This document shows positions 48,359 through 62,959 of a DNA stretch of 64,000 nucleotides, one piece after another. How positions within the stretch are numbered: position 1 is the stretch's first letter; each line of letters starts with the position of its first letter. Position numbers and translations under genes: made by a program. Origin of the DNA: Hypanus sabinus (lineage: Eukaryota); the NCBI RefSeq assembly GCF_030144855.1, contig NC_082736.1, positions 9,300,001 to 9,364,000 on the forward strand, given 5' to 3'. The notes beneath the pieces are model-generated. The model ran no database searches. It was not told the origin of the DNA and worked only from the letters and a program-made list of their open reading frames with translations.

Positions 48359-48374
48359 GGCTCTTAAAAGAGCC
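48359..48374 (-). terminator. Histone stem-loop of H3
   Basis: GGCTCTTTTAAGAGCC on the minus strand, with HDE-like GGAAAGGGCTG downstream. Confidence 0.92.
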
Positions 48375-48403
48375 TTTTCTGGTGTTTGGTGTGCAGGCTG
48401 GGC

Positions 48404-48880
<477 letters not shown>

Positions 48881-49391
48881 CTATTAAAGGATCTATTAAA
48901 GGTTTATTAATTTCAAGCAGGCTGGCGGAGAATAACAATCTAGGACAAAATGGGAAACTGTTAACTGGCGGTCGAATTTCATCCAATCAGAATGCACTGT
49001 AATTGACGCCCGATAAATTTCAAATCGCCCGCCAATTTCAGCACACCCAACAATGGTGCTTTTTTTTTTATTATTTACAATTAATTCTATCACGGATCAT
49101 ACATTTTCAGTTTCATTTAATATCTAAATCAGTTAAGATCTGAATGCATAATTACGGAATTGTTCCTCTAAAAAAGTGAACTTATTTCTGACCCAGACAG
49201 ACGGGAAGATTAAGATCATTATAAATGCATTCAGCATTTACGGTAATCACTGTCTGCAAAGGCATAATCGCCGCTAAATTTCAAGCGGAACAGATTAATG
49301 GATTTCAAATTTCACCAGATAAATACAGTAGGATCGATAAAAAAAAAAATTAAAAGGTTGTGGACACGGCTCCGTCTGTGAGGCGGTGGGT

Positions 49392-49407
49392 GGCTCTTAG
49401 TAGAGCC
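49392..49407 (-). terminator. Histone stem-loop of H4 (variant loop)
   Basis: GGCTCT ACTA AGAGCC followed by ACCCA. Confidence 0.85.
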
Positions 49408-49440
49408 TTTGTTTTGTTCTTGGGAGGAAGTGGGAGTTTT

Positions 49441-49761
<321 letters not shown>

Positions 49762-50389
49762 TCACTCAGGTCGCTGCTCAGTGACAAACTGACTGCTGAT
49801 GTCTCCTTTTATACACAGCGCCCCGACCTGCCCAAGAAACACGCAGAGAGATAGAGGCGGGGAGGGGAGGAGACAGAGTCAGAGTGACGGACAGAGCCGA
49901 TAGCGGCCTCTCATCGTCCAGCTCCGCCTTCACTTTATTACGCCCGCCATTATCCGACACAAAGCGCTTCAGTGGGAAAAAAAAACTCCCTCACACACCA
50001 CGTACAGATTCTGTACAAATTCTGGAAATTTGCTGATTCGCCTGCTTTAAATTATAGGAAGTGCTTTTCCATTTCGCTAATACCCAATAACCTTGGTCTG
50101 TCCCTCGCCGGCCCCTTGACCAGGGCGAGCGCCCTCACACACGGCAGTTGGTGGGCGAGGGTGCAATCACTTCCAGTGATGAGAGGGTTAATTCATTAGA
50201 ACGACTATTCCTCTGGGTCGCGAGGGAAATGAAAGTCCGGTCACACAAAGGAACAGGATACATAGGCAGACACAAGGATATATATATATACCGCGCTTCT
50301 GGTGTCTTCTAAAGCCCAGATAAAGTGGTGGCTGTGGAGCTGGTGCGAGATGGGTGGGGGCTTCACTTACAAGGATCATTGGGGTCCCG

Positions 50390-52295
50390 AGGGAAAGGTG
50401 AGACAGGTCCAAGGAGAAGGGGAGCCAATATGTTTTACGGTGATGTTTTTCGTGCTACACCAAAGGGTTTAAATGAGCAGGTATGAGGTCCTACAAAGTG
50501 ATTTTCAGGAACTAGGTTAAAAAGCAGGACTTCCAGCATTGTAATTACAGAATTGTGGGTCAAACCTTGTGCTGGTGTGGTGAGAAAATGATATGCAGTG
50601 CAGTTTAAAATTGTTGCTGAGGAACTGATATAGGAGGGAGGTCTTCAGATTCATGGAGCAATGGGCTCCCTTCCAGGCAGGTGGGAGACCGGGACAAACA
50701 AGACCATTTCCATGTGAACCGGAGGAGAACCAGCATCCTCACCAGGAGGTTTGATGGTGTCACTTGGCAGAGTTTGAACTGGAATAGCAAGTGGGGGAAT
50801 GTATATATGACAAGACAGTCTGAAAAGAACAAGAGCCAATGTCAGGCTAATAAACATTCTGGGACTGATGGGCTGAAAGGAGTTTATTTCAACATTAGGA
50901 GTATTACGTTGTCGAACAGACAGGGCTGCCAGCTCAACGCTCCTGCTTTTCATTGTTTTACATGTAAGTCGGGTTTAAAAGGAGCAGAGGTTACCCCACT
51001 GGGAATGTCACAACAAACTGGAAGGCTCATTTACAGAGGCAATCTGCAGTTACACTGATAGGATTATCATACTGGCCCCCAATGACCAGTGCAGGGACTT
51101 TATCTTCCCTAGAATTAATTGGAACTTGCTTAACACTTAGATGCACAAGAATTCTTCAGCGAATCTTAAGTGTTTGAAACATTATGTACACAGCCCAACC
51201 AGAGGAGAGAACAGACAGGAGGTATTAGTTTTGGGAAATGAGCCAGGCCAGCTGACAGTAAGAGTCAGTGAATATTCTGGGATTGTATTTTTTTTCTTAG
51301 TGATGGGGAAGAATAAAATCAGTTCTTGTATGAAGGTACTGAATTACAGGAGGGCAGGTTAGTACGGAGTAAGACAGAAACCACGGGGAATTGATTGGGA
51401 GCAGCCACTGTCAGACAAGTCCACATCTGACGTGCGGGAGTTGTTTAAAGACCAGCAGCTCAGAGTTCAGGATCAGCATGTTCCTGTAAGGAGTAAGGAC
51501 AAGGATGGTAAGGCAAGGGAAGTTTGGATGAATGGAGAGATCCTAAATTTAGTCAGAAGGATATGGAAGGTTTATGAAACTAAAATCAGACTGGGTGTCG
51601 TTGAAATATAAAGACAGCGGAGGAATGCTAAAGCAGGTGATAGGAGAGGCCAAATGGAGCCACAAACTGTCCTTGTAATGTAGGACCAAAGATGATCCTA
51701 AGGCCTTTCGATTTCTGTTAATTAAACAAGGCTAACCAGAGAATGGAAAAGTCAACTCAAGATTAAAGGAGGAATGATGTGGTTGAAGTCAGACCAAGAG
51801 GCTGAGGTTCTAAATGAGTATGTTGTGTCAATATTTACTGAGGGGAAAGAACTGAATGTGAATGAAAACAGAGTGGAGCGTGCTAATGTGCAGAGACGTG
51901 TTGAGATTAAGGAGGAGGTTGGGCTGGGACGTCTGAAAAGCAATAAAATGGATAAGATGCCAGGACCTAAAGGCATTTATCCTGCAATAGGGAAAGAAGC
52001 AAATGAGCAGATTGCTGCCGATTTGACAAGGACCAGTATGTCTTCGATCACGACATGCGAGGTCCTACAGGACTTGAGCATCACACATGTTGCAGCTTTG
52101 TTCAAGAAGGGAAATAACAGGAATCCAGGAATCTATCGGCAAGGCAGCTTCATTTCAGTGGCAGAGAACCTACTGGGGTGGATATTGAGGTACAGGATTT
52201 ATGCACATTTGGAAAGGCATGTCCAATCAGCATGGTTTTGTGTGGGCAGATCACACTTGACAAAATTGATCGTGGTTTCAGAGGTGGTGATATAG
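50390..52295 (+). mobile_element. Old CR1 LINE (ORF1 end, APE, early RT)
   Basis: LKGVYFNIRSI; AEVLNEYVVSIFT..PGPKGIYP..ALFKKG. Confidence 0.75.
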
Positions 52296-55200
52296 ACTCT
52301 AAGGAATAGGATCAGAATTAGGCCCATCAAATCTGCTCTGTCATTTCATCATGGCTAATCCATTTTCACTCAAAGCCCCAATCTCCTGCCTTCTCCCTGT
52401 AACCTTTCATGATCTGACCAATCAAGAATCTACCAACCTCTGCCTTAAATATTCATAAAGTCTTGGCTCCACAGCTGTCCGAGGTAACAAATTCCACAGA
52501 TTCACTACTCTCTGGCTAAAGAAATTCCTCAGCTCTACATTCTACAAGGGTGATGCTCCATTCTGAGGCTGTGTCCTCTGTTCTTCGACACTCCCATCGT
52601 CTGCACATCCACTTTATCAAGGCCTTTCACCATTCGATAGGTTTTAATTAGGTCAGCCCTCATTGACCTAAATTCCAGTGAGTACAGGCCCAGAGCAATC
52701 AAACGCTCTTCATATGCCAAGCTGTTTCATCCTGGAGTCAATTTTGAGAATCTCCTTTGAAACACATCCAGTTTCAGCTCATCTTTCCTAAGATAAATGG
52801 CCCACAAATGCTCACAATACTCCAGTGAGACCTCACCAGTACATAATAAAGTCTCAACACTGTTATTATTGGTGCAGATATTGTGGACTGAAGGCAGGTT
52901 GACATCTGTTCCATATTGTGTACTGACGAGTATGTTTGATCTACCAGCTATTGCAGGGACATGGTTACAGAGACTTGGACTGGGAATCTGACATTCCTAC
53001 ATGTTTAATGTTCCACATGGAATCAGCAAAATGGAAAGGAGCAGGGTGGATTTGTTCATAAAGTGCTGGTGAAGAGGTGGATACAGTGCCATCAAAAGTA
53101 TTCAGTCTCCTTTGGAGGTTTTCATGTTTATTGTTTTGCAACTTCGATTCACAGTGAATTTAATTTGGCTTTATTTTCCCACACTGATCAGCAGAATGGA
53201 CTCTCTGGTGTCAAAGTGAAAAACAGATCTTTACAAAGTGATCTAATTAATTGTAAATATAAAACACAAAATAATTCAATTGCATTGGTATTCACCTCCT
53301 TCAAGTCAGTAATTAGTTGATGCACCTTTGTCAGTAATTACCATTGGCTCTGTGTGGATAGGTCTCTATCCGCTTTGCATATCTGGACACTGAAAATTTT
53401 CCCCATTCTTTTTAACAAAACTGCTAAAGCTCTGTCAGATTGCATGCGGTTCACGAGTGACCAGATCTTCCAAGTCCAGCCACAAATTCTCAATTGGATT
53501 GAGGTCTGGACTCTGACTTGGCCACTCCAGGACATTAACTTTGGTTTTAAGTCATTCCTCTGTAGTTTTGGTTTTATACTTGCAGTTGTTCTCCTGCTAG
53601 AAAATGTATCTTCTCCTAAGTCACAGTTCACTTGCAGGCTGAATTAGGTTTTCCTCCAAGATTTCACTGTATTTGGCTGCATTAATTTAACCTCTACTTT
53701 TATGAGCCTTTCAGGGCCTGCTGCAGTGAAACCGCCCCACAGCATGATGCAGCCTCCACCAGGCTGGGATAGTGTGTTTTTTGAAGCTGTGCGGTGTTTT
53801 TCTTGCGCCAAGCTTAGTGTTTAATCTGATGACCAAATTTTGTTTCATCAGACTATAGAAACTTCTTCCAGTTGACTTCAGAGTCTTCTGGCAAACTCCA
53901 GGTGAGATTTCATGAGAGCTTTTTTCAACAATGGCTTTCTCTTTGCCACTCTCCCAAAAAGCTCTGACAGGTGATGCATCTGGGCAACAGTTGTTGTATA
54001 CACAGTCACTCCCATCTCAGCCACTGAAGATTGTGATTTCTCGATAGTTATCATTGGTCTCTTGGTGGCCTCCCTCACGCGTCCCCTTCTTGTATAGTCA
54101 CTCAGTTTTTGAGGATGGCCTAGTCCTGGCAGATTTACAGCTCTGCCATATTCTTTCCATTTCAGGATGAGTGACTTAACTGTACTCCAAGGGATATTCA
54201 GTGACTTGAAAATTTTCTTGTATCCATCTCCTGAATTGTGATTTTCAATTACCTTTTTACAGAGCTGCTCAGTGTGTTAATTTGTTTTTATGGTGTAGTT
54301 TCTCCCAGGATACTGACTGCCAACAGTCATGTATTTTTACTACAATCCATTGAAACACCTTGACTCACACAGTGACCTGCACTTAACTGATAAAGTAATT
54401 CCTAAATCTACTTGACTGTACCAGTGATGATTTGGGGGTGAATATTTATACAGTCAATTATTTTGTGTTTTATATCTGTAATTAATTTAAAACACTTTAT
54501 GGAGATCTGTTAGGAGTGGTCTCAAGATCCTCAGGTGTTCCTCCCGATGGGATAAAGCACAAAAGGGGAAATATCAAAGAGAGATGAGAATGGAAATGTG
54601 ATTGTCATGAGAGATTTAATCAGAAGCAGATTGGGGTATCACTACATTGAGTACCTTTGCTCTGTGAGCTGCAACAACCACAATCTACCAGTGGCAAGCC
54701 ATTCTAGTTCCATTTCCCATTCACAGACTGACATATCGGTGCCTTACAGATGTCTTAACCAATGGTGGGGTAGTAATGAGTACAAGCTGTCACTTCCTAT
54801 TAATTGCTGCTCCACATTGCCTCTGCCAACCAAGTCCAGCTCCTGGCTTTTACATATGGCTTAGCTACGAAGCCTGACAAACTCTTTCTAGTGACGGGGA
54901 GGGTCTAAATAGGTTTACTGGCATCATATAACTAACTGCTATGGGCAGATGGGGCTTTCACCCACGGTTGGCAGCTCATCTAGTGGAAGAAAAATTCTGA
55001 TCTGAAACCTCTACTGGCTTGTGCCTAGACCCATTCATGGGGAAGGCTTTGTGAGTAAACCCCAAGGAACAATCCAGAGCTGGATTCCCTGTCGGTACGA
55101 TGTTCAATGCAGACTGGCAATCCTGTGATACCATTGGTGCCTGACCCCATTGGTCTCTGCCGTTGCTCTGGATTCATCAGATGTGTTGAGAGCAGGAGCC

Positions 55201-55445
55201 CCTTCATGGACAACAGCTTGCTTTACATATCGTACTACCCTGGCTTGCAAATTGAGTTTCACAGCGAGGGTACAATATTCATGGTCGACCCTGACCCAGC
55301 AGAGGGCCATCGCAAACAAGCCTGTCCATGGCCTCCACTACTACTACGATGAGGCTAAATACAGGTTAGCTGAGCAACATCTCATATTCTGACTGTGTAT
55401 CCTCCAATCTCGACAGCATGAACATTGATTTCACCAAATTCTAGA
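51035..55445. repeat. Right arm of the inverted segmental duplication (partner 16290-20365)
   Basis: Reverse-complement match including shared TE junctions and non-TE spacer. Confidence 0.85.
53084..54510 (-). mobile_element. Tc1-like transposon relic, paralogue of 16970-18556
   Basis: TA|CAGTGCCATCAAAAGTATTCA end; REATKRPMIT..GRVAKRKPLLKK..LEFARR; other TIR lost. Confidence 0.88.
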
Positions 55446-55835
55446 AATTCCCTCTAATCCCCCCCCCCCATTTCCAAACTGCTCCTTTTTTTCTGACTTT
55501 TCCCCATTATGCTGCCATTTAACTCCTTGACTTCTCCTCACACATCCTCATGACCTGCCCATCAACTCTCTTTGGTTCTCCACCTCCTTTGTGTCATCCC
55601 ATCGTCTAACGTTCTGTCCTAATGGATTACTTTCTCTTCCTCTCTTTTTCTTGTCTAACTGTTACCCAGCTCCTCACATCATTATCCCTCCACAAACCAC
55701 ACACCCACTCTCACATGCCCTCCTCCCCCTCCCCCCACCACCTTATTCTGACTTTTGTCCCTTTCTTTCTAATCCCAGTGAAGGTTCTCAGCCTGAAATG
55801 CCAAACGTTCGCTGAGTTCCTCCAGCATTTTGTTG
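54550..55835 (+). mobile_element. Penelope 3' end with an inserted RTE-like non-coding fragment (~54800-55300)
   Basis: RSRLGYHYIEYLCSV..LPVASH and HGLHYYYDEAKYRLAEQHLIF flank the insert; pseudo-LTR remnant near 55780. Confidence 0.65.
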
Positions 55836-57379
55836 TCAGTTTGCTTCAGTCTGTGTATTGATTAAACTAATCAAACTGGGACATTGGAAGAGGAATTTGT
55901 GGAGTGGAGAGGTAGTTTCTTACAGCAGGATCTTTCCCAGGAACAGGACATTTCAGATGTGATTTATGTAATGAGGTGGGAATACAGAGAGATCTTGTGG
56001 TGAAGGATCTGTGATGAAGTGATCATACTGTGGGAGAACTCCAGAGCCAGACTGCGGGTGAACACCAGGGTCCAGAACCAATGTCCTCAACCTAAATAAA
56101 GGCAATTACAGTGATGTGAAAGTGGAGTTGTCTGGGGCAGATAGGGTAAATAGGTGCAGGGACAGGTCAGTGATGAGCAGTGGATATGTTTAAGGAGACT
56201 GTTCATAACACTCAGCAGACATTGATACCAATTAGAAAAGAGACAGCAAAGTACCTTCTGTGGACAATGGAGGTCAAGGGAAAGATTAAATGAAAGAGCA
56301 CATAAAGAGGCAAGGGTTGGCGGTAGAAAAGAGGATCAGGATTTTTCCAGGAACCAGTGATGAGACAAAAGCTAAAACTAATAAGGAAAAAGCAGATAAG
56401 TTAACTCAATAATTTGCATTAGTGTTCACAATGGGGACACAGCAAACATCCCATGGATATCTAACGGTGACATTTCAACATTGCGCAATAATGTGTAACA
56501 ATCACCATCAGGAGGGAGGAACGAATGGGAATAAAAGCAAACATTACCAGGTCACAACAACCTGCACTGGAGGGTTTCACAGGAAGTCTGGAGAGAAAGT
56601 AGAGACATTGAAGCCTGTCAAAACTCACTGTGTTACGGAAAGGTCGCAATGGAGTTGAAAACCATTGTTGAAGAAGGGTGGAAGAACGGTGACTGTAGTC
56701 CAGTTAACTTCACTTCAGCTATTGGAGTCGATAATCTGTGAAGAAATAACAAGTCATTTAGAAAAGTTTAATGTCTTTGAACTAAGCCAAGTGTGTTTGC
56801 AGTCAGATAAACAACAGCACAGAAACCAGCACTTCAGCTCAAATGGTCCACACTGACCAAAGTTCCCATCTGAGCTTGAGGTCAGTAACCCCCTCGCCAC
56901 CACATTATGAACAAGGTTATCCTCCTCCTTGTCCCATTTCCCTGTATTTGAACCATATCCTTCAAAACCTTTCTGATTGGAAATTTTCTCTCTCCAACAG
57001 GATATGTGGAAGCTGGTGATTAGAAGACATGGTAAATGGAGTTTAATGTGTTAAGTGTGATGGCATGTGGTAGTAGGAATCAAAATTCACTACTATTTAT
57101 GTGGAGATAAATTGTAAATGAGAGAAATAGAGAGGGGTTGAGATGTTGCCTGCACAACAAAATAGAGATGGGTGCAGAGAGGGGTTCAGAATACCACATA
57201 TGACTAAGTTTCAGAGGTGAATGGCTCATGGACATGTATTGCTGGGGCATGAATGCAGAGAAAAAGAAAAGTGTTGTTAGTGTCAAACAAACAAACAATG
57301 ATGGATTTTGGGAAGTGAAAGCAGGTCAGTGAATGGCAGGGTCCTGAGGAGTGTGGATTAACACAGAAAGTAAGTAAGT

Positions 57380-57790
57380 CCAAATAGACAAATTACAGAG
57401 TCTCAGTAGCACCACAAGTGCACAGATAAACAAATATTAGAAGAAAGAGAAAGTATAAAAAGTTACCACAAACTGTCTAACATGAGGGGCGTCATCACTT
57501 CCCTGGCTATAGGTTGACTCATTACAGAGCCGAGGGTCAGAATGACTTCATACAGCGCTCCTTGGAGCAGCACAGTGGTGTTAGTCTGCTACTGAAGTTG
57601 TTCCTCTGTTCAGCCAAGGAGGCATGCAGAGGGTGAGAAACATTGTCCAGAATTGTCCGTCTGGTCCTTTGTTCCACCACGGGCTCCAGTGTGTCCAGTT
57701 TGACTCCAATAACAGCGTCAGCCTTTCTAATCAATTTATTCTCAGATGACATCACACATGTTGCTGCCAATGGCCCAGTACACCACTGCA
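57380..57790 (-). mobile_element. Rex1-type LINE 3' fragment
   Basis: NKLIRKA..VIG..LD.LE..ILDNVSHPLH. Confidence 0.7.
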
Positions 57791-58759
57791 TAGTTAGGGC
57801 AAGTTAATGAACACAGTGGCATTGAGGGCCTGAAGTGTGTTTGTATCAGTGCCGGGTGTGGAACAGTTAATGCAGACGTACTTAGAGCCTGGATTAGTAC
57901 ATGGCACAGTGATTCAGCCATTACAGAGAAGGGCAGGACTGGTAGCTAAACATTCCAGGATTCAGATTCAGACAGTCCAGAGGGAGGTGAATGAGGTTTG
58001 GGGAGCTGTACTGCTGATCAGACAGAATGTCACAAATTCAAGGTCATCCCAGAGGCTCATCCAGTGAGACCATGTGGCTGGAACTCAGGAATGAGAAAGG
58101 TGCAATCACTGTGATGGGATGAAACTGTAGGGCTCCCGATAACCAGTAAGAGAGAGAGGAATAGATATGTCAGCAGGTAATGGACTGATGTAAAAACAAC
58201 AGAGTACCTGTAGTGAATAATCTCCGGAAACTGACTGGGTCTCCCTTCCCACCTGAGACTTGGTTGGGACATTATTTGTTAAGTGTTTTCAGCAAGGTTT
58301 CCTGAAACAGTATGTGGCAGGAACAACCAGTGTTCAAAGAGGAATTAGTCAGGACCTTCAGGGGAAATAACCTGCAGCGCTGTGGGGACAGAGATGCGAA
58401 TGGGACTGTGGAAATGTAGAAGGAGCTGGTATAAACTTAATGGGTCAAATAGACTAGATCATCCCAGAATGATCCTGTGACCAGTAATGGTCTGAAAAAA
58501 TTATTCTAGTCTCCAGTGAATCTTCTAAGCTCCTGGTTGGACAAAATCATTTGTGTAATAAGGACACACTTCTGTAAAAACACTGACACCATATTCCAAG
58601 CACACTGAGCTGCCAGAGCACAGCACCGGCCAGTGAGGACACAGACCTGTACAACACCCGGCTCTCTACTACAAAGTTCAAAGCTGAAAGTAAATGTATT
58701 ATCAAAATACATTTCTGAGATCATACGCAACCCTGGGGTTTATTTTCTTGTGGGCATAC

Positions 58760-59945
58760 TGCTGGTTTGTTAGAGCTGTTGGGGAGGGTATAAACTAATT
58801 TGGCAGGGGCATGAGAACTGGCCTGAAAGGACTCAGGATAGGACAGATGGTAAAGAAAGAAAAGATAGCATGCAGTCACGCTGTCAGGAAGAGTGAGCAG
58901 ATGACAGGACATAACTGCAGTCAGCAGAGTGATGCAGAATCAATAAGGGTAGCAAATCCAATACTTGAAGTGTTATGTATCAATGCACAGAGTGTAAGAA
59001 ATAAGGTGGATAATCTTATTGCCCTGTTACGGACTGTCATGTATAATGTGATCATCACGGAATCACGGCTGAAAAATATTTATAGTTGGGAGCTAAATGC
59101 CCAAGTTAGACAAATCTGAGGGACAGGAATGTAGGCAATGGGGATGGCATGGCTCTGCTCGTAAAGAATGTTATCAAATCCGTAGAAAGATGAGCCACAG
59201 GGTCGGAAGATGTTGAATCATTGTGAGTAGAGTTAAAAAATAACTGCAAGTGTAAAAGGACGTTGATGCAGTTATAAACAGGCCGTCAACAGTTGTTTGG
59301 ATGTGGACCACAGATTACAACAGGAAATAGAAAATGCATGTCAAACGGGCAATGTTATTGGAGATTTCATGGAACATTTCAACATTTCATGGAAAATCAG
59401 GTTGGAAATAGATCTCAAGAGAGAGAGCGCTTTGACTGCCGAAGGGAAGGCTTTTTGGAGCAGTTTGTCGTTGAGCCTTCCAGGGTATCAGCTATACTGG
59501 ATTGTGTGTTATTTAAGAACAGGAGGCAATTAGGGAACTTAAGGTAGAAGAACCCTTAGGAGACAGTGATCAGTATCATTGAATTGAAATTGGGCAGGGA
59601 GAGAGGACAGTCTGGCATAGCAGTGCTTCAGTGGAGTAAAGGTAGTAACAGTGGTATGAGAGAGGAGTTGGCTAAAGTAAATTGGAAGAAGATGTTGGCA
59701 GAGATGGCAGCAGAGCAGCAATGGTGAGTGTTTCTGAGAAAAATGAGGGAGGTACAGGATACTGTGTATGTCAGAAAAAAATAAATACTCAAATGGCGAA
59801 ATAGTACAACTTGGCTGACAAGGAGGTCAAAGCTAATGTAAAACCAAAATGGAGGGCATACAACAAATAATAAAGTCAGAGTGCAGAGGATTGGGAAGCT
59901 TCTAACTCCTTACAGAGAGCAACCTAAAGAGGATAAAGATTAAAT
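58760..59945 (+). mobile_element. Degenerate CR1 LINE (APE region)
   Basis: VLCINAQSVRNKVD, ITES.L, FLEQFVVEPSR. Confidence 0.75.
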
Positions 59946-59949
59946 ATCA

Positions 59950-60322
59950 GGTCAAGTCAAGTCAAGTCACTTTTATTGTCATTTCGACCATAACTGCTGG
60001 TACAATACTTAGTAAAAACGAGACAACGTTTTTCAGGACCATGGTGTTACATTGCACAGTACAAAAACTAGACTGAACTATGTAAAAGTAACAACACAGA
60101 GAAAGCTACACTGGACTACAAACCTACACAGGAATGCATAAAATGCAGAAAAGCAGTGCAGGTATTACAACAAATAATAAACAGGACAATAAGGCAAGGT
60201 GTCAGTAAAGGCTCTGGGTATTGAGGAGTCTAATAGCTTGGGGGAAGAAACTGCTACATAGACTGGTCGTGAGAGCCCGAATGTTTCGGAGTAGTTTCCC
60301 AGATAATGACTTGTTGACGACG
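59950..60322 (-). mobile_element. Rex1 3' end, same family as 2441-3870
   Basis: (GTCAA)n tail and near-identical 3' UTR. Confidence 0.85.
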
Positions 60323-60324
60323 GT

Positions 60325-61205
60325 AGAAGGGAAACACGGTTCTTAAAGAAGGAGGACACTTGGGATGTCCTGGAACGACAAGCCTCATCCTGGGAACAGA
60401 TGGGGCGGAGACGGAGGAACTGGGAATAGGGAACAGCACTTTTTTGCATTTGGCAGTGTGAAGTGGTATAATCAAGGTAGTTATGGGAGTCGGGGGCTTT
60501 ATAGAAGATATCGGAAATGTCTATCTCCAGAGATGGAGACCGAGAGATTCAAAAAGGGGAGAGAAGTGTCCGAGAAGGACCGGTGAATTTGAGGGCTGGG
60601 TGAAAGTTAGATACAAAGTCGATGAACTTGACGAGCTCAGAATGGGTGCCGGAAGCAGCACCAATGTAGTCGTCAATGTAGCGAAGGAAAAGTTGGAGAG
60701 CAGTACCGATATAGATTTGGAGCATAGACTGGTCCACGTAACCCACGAAGAGGCAGGCATGGCTGGGGCCGATGCGAGTGCCGATAGCTACACCCTTAGT
60801 CTGAAGAAAGTGGGAAGAGCCAAAAGAGAATTTATTAAGTGTGAGTACCAGTTCCAGCAACCGGCAGAGTGTACTGGTGTTGGGGAACTGATGAGTTCTA
60901 TTTTCAAGAATGTAGCGAAGAGCTATGAGGCCTTCTTGATGGGGAATTGAAGAGTATAAGGATTGGACATCCGTGCTGATAATGTAACGGTTGGGACCGG
61001 GAAACTGGCAGTTATTGAAGAGGTGGGGGGCATGGGATGTCTCCCTGACGTTGGTAGGGAGCAACTGACCTATGGGTGACAAAATGGAGTCCAGGTAGGC
61101 AGATACAAGTTCGGTGTGTCAGGAGCTGGCCGAAACTACGGGCCTACCAGGACAGTCAGGTTGATGAATCTTGGGGAGTAGGTAAAGCCGAGCAGTGCGA
61201 AGTGT
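60325..61205 (-). mobile_element. Penelope-like element RT fragment
   Basis: DVQSLYSSIP, FLQTKGVAIGT..GPS.ACLF, FLRYIDD, PYSQFLRLR.ICS. Confidence 0.88.
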
Positions 61206-61209
61206 AGGA

Positions 61210-62750
61210 ACCAATCCTGCCCTTCCTCCAGGCAAGTTTCAGTAATGGCACAACATCTTCGTTCCACGTACTGATCAATGCTCTAAGTTCATCCCCTTTA
61301 TTTCTAACAGTCCTAGCGTTGAAATAGACACATTTCAACCCCTCTAACTGGGTACATTTATGTTTTATCCCCTGCCTATCCTTCCTCACTAACTCCGAAC
61401 TTATAGCATCATGCAATTGTCCTTCCACCCTAATATCTGCACTCACGTTCTGATTCCCACACTCTGCCAAACTAGTTTGAGCTCTCCCCAACAGTTCTAT
61501 TAAGCCTACCTGCCAGGAAATTGGACCCTTTCCAGTTCAGGTGCAGCCCGGCCTTTTTGTACAGGTCAGGCCTACCCCAGAACAGATGCCAAAGATCTAG
61601 AAATCTGAATCCCCTGCCCTCTGCACCAACTCCTCAGCCAACTCCTCTGCCACAACTTCCTGTTCCTACCCTCTCCGAGTCCTGGCACAGAAAGCAATCC
61701 CGACATTACCACTCTCGAGGTCCTGTTTTTTAACTTCTTTCCTAACACTCTATATTCCGTCTTCAGGACCTTGGATAATCCTCACTTCTGTCTATGTCAT
61801 TGGTTCCCTCGTGGGCCACGACATCTGGCTGCTCACCCGCTCTCCTGAGAATTAAGAGAATTCGATCCGAAATATCACAGCCTAGCACAAGGGAAACAAC
61901 AGATCATCCAGGATTCTCGATCTCTCACACAGAACCTGCTATCTGTCCCCCTAATTATCGAATCCCCTTTCACTACTGCACTCCTCTTTTCCCTGCTTCC
62001 TTTCTGATCTGAGGGTCCAGTTTCGGTGCCAGAGATGCGACCACTACAACTTGTCCCTGGTAGGTCGTCCCCACCGACAGTATCCAAAAGGGTATACTTG
62101 TTGTTGATGGGAACGTCACAGGGGTGCACTGCTCTTTCTGCCTATTCCACTTCCCTCTCCTGACAGTCACCAATCTCCTGACTTTTAGGGGTGATTGTCT
62201 CCCTGAAACTCCGATCTGTTACTGCCATGCCTCCCGAATGATCCGAAGTTGATACAGCTCCAGCTCCAGTTCCCTAACTCGGTTTAACAGGAGCTGCAGC
62301 TGCATGCACCTCTTGCTGGTGTAGTCGCCAGAGGCAATTGTGCTGTCCCTCACACATCTTACAATCGGAGCGCGAGACTGCCCTATCTACTGCCTCCATT
62401 ACCAACTCTTAAGTTAGTTAAGGTAATTCGTTTTGGGAATTTGATCCTCCACAATATTCCGATTGGGAATTTAAACTGGAGGTGGCAGTGTTTATATTTC
62501 TTTTTACGAGGTCGACTTGCGAGCTCGATATCAACCCGGCAGGAATGGAGAGCGCTCTCGGGAGCGAACTGTCACTGGATGAACTCGGGATCCTCCGTTC
62601 TGAGCCCGGCGCTGATCTCACTGCGCCTCCAACTGACCGAAATAATCTTAAAGAAACTTACCCTGCCTTACCTCACTGGAAGCAATCTCGTCCTCAGCCC
62701 CTAATCGCCGAAGCCTCCGAAGCCTCTACAAATAGAAACCTTCAGAAACC
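61210..62750 (-). mobile_element. CR1 LINE 5' part (5' UTR, ORF1 esterase, start of ORF2)
   Basis: VPINNKYTLLDTVGGDDL..VKGDSIIRG..CCFP.AR; LKCVYFNARTVRNKGDELRA. Confidence 0.8.
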
Positions 62751-62959
62751 TGATCCAATGTGACCTCGGGTGTAGATAAGTACATGAATGGTGGGAGTAT
62801 GGAGGGCTATGGTCCAGATGCGGACCGATGGGAGTAAGTAGAACAATAGTTCGGTGAGTCCGTCAGTACAACTGACAGACCGGACTTCACGGTGAAAGGT
62901 CATTGGGTACTAGTATAACAGAGGATGTAAACAGTATTTTTCCACATATACAGAAATTT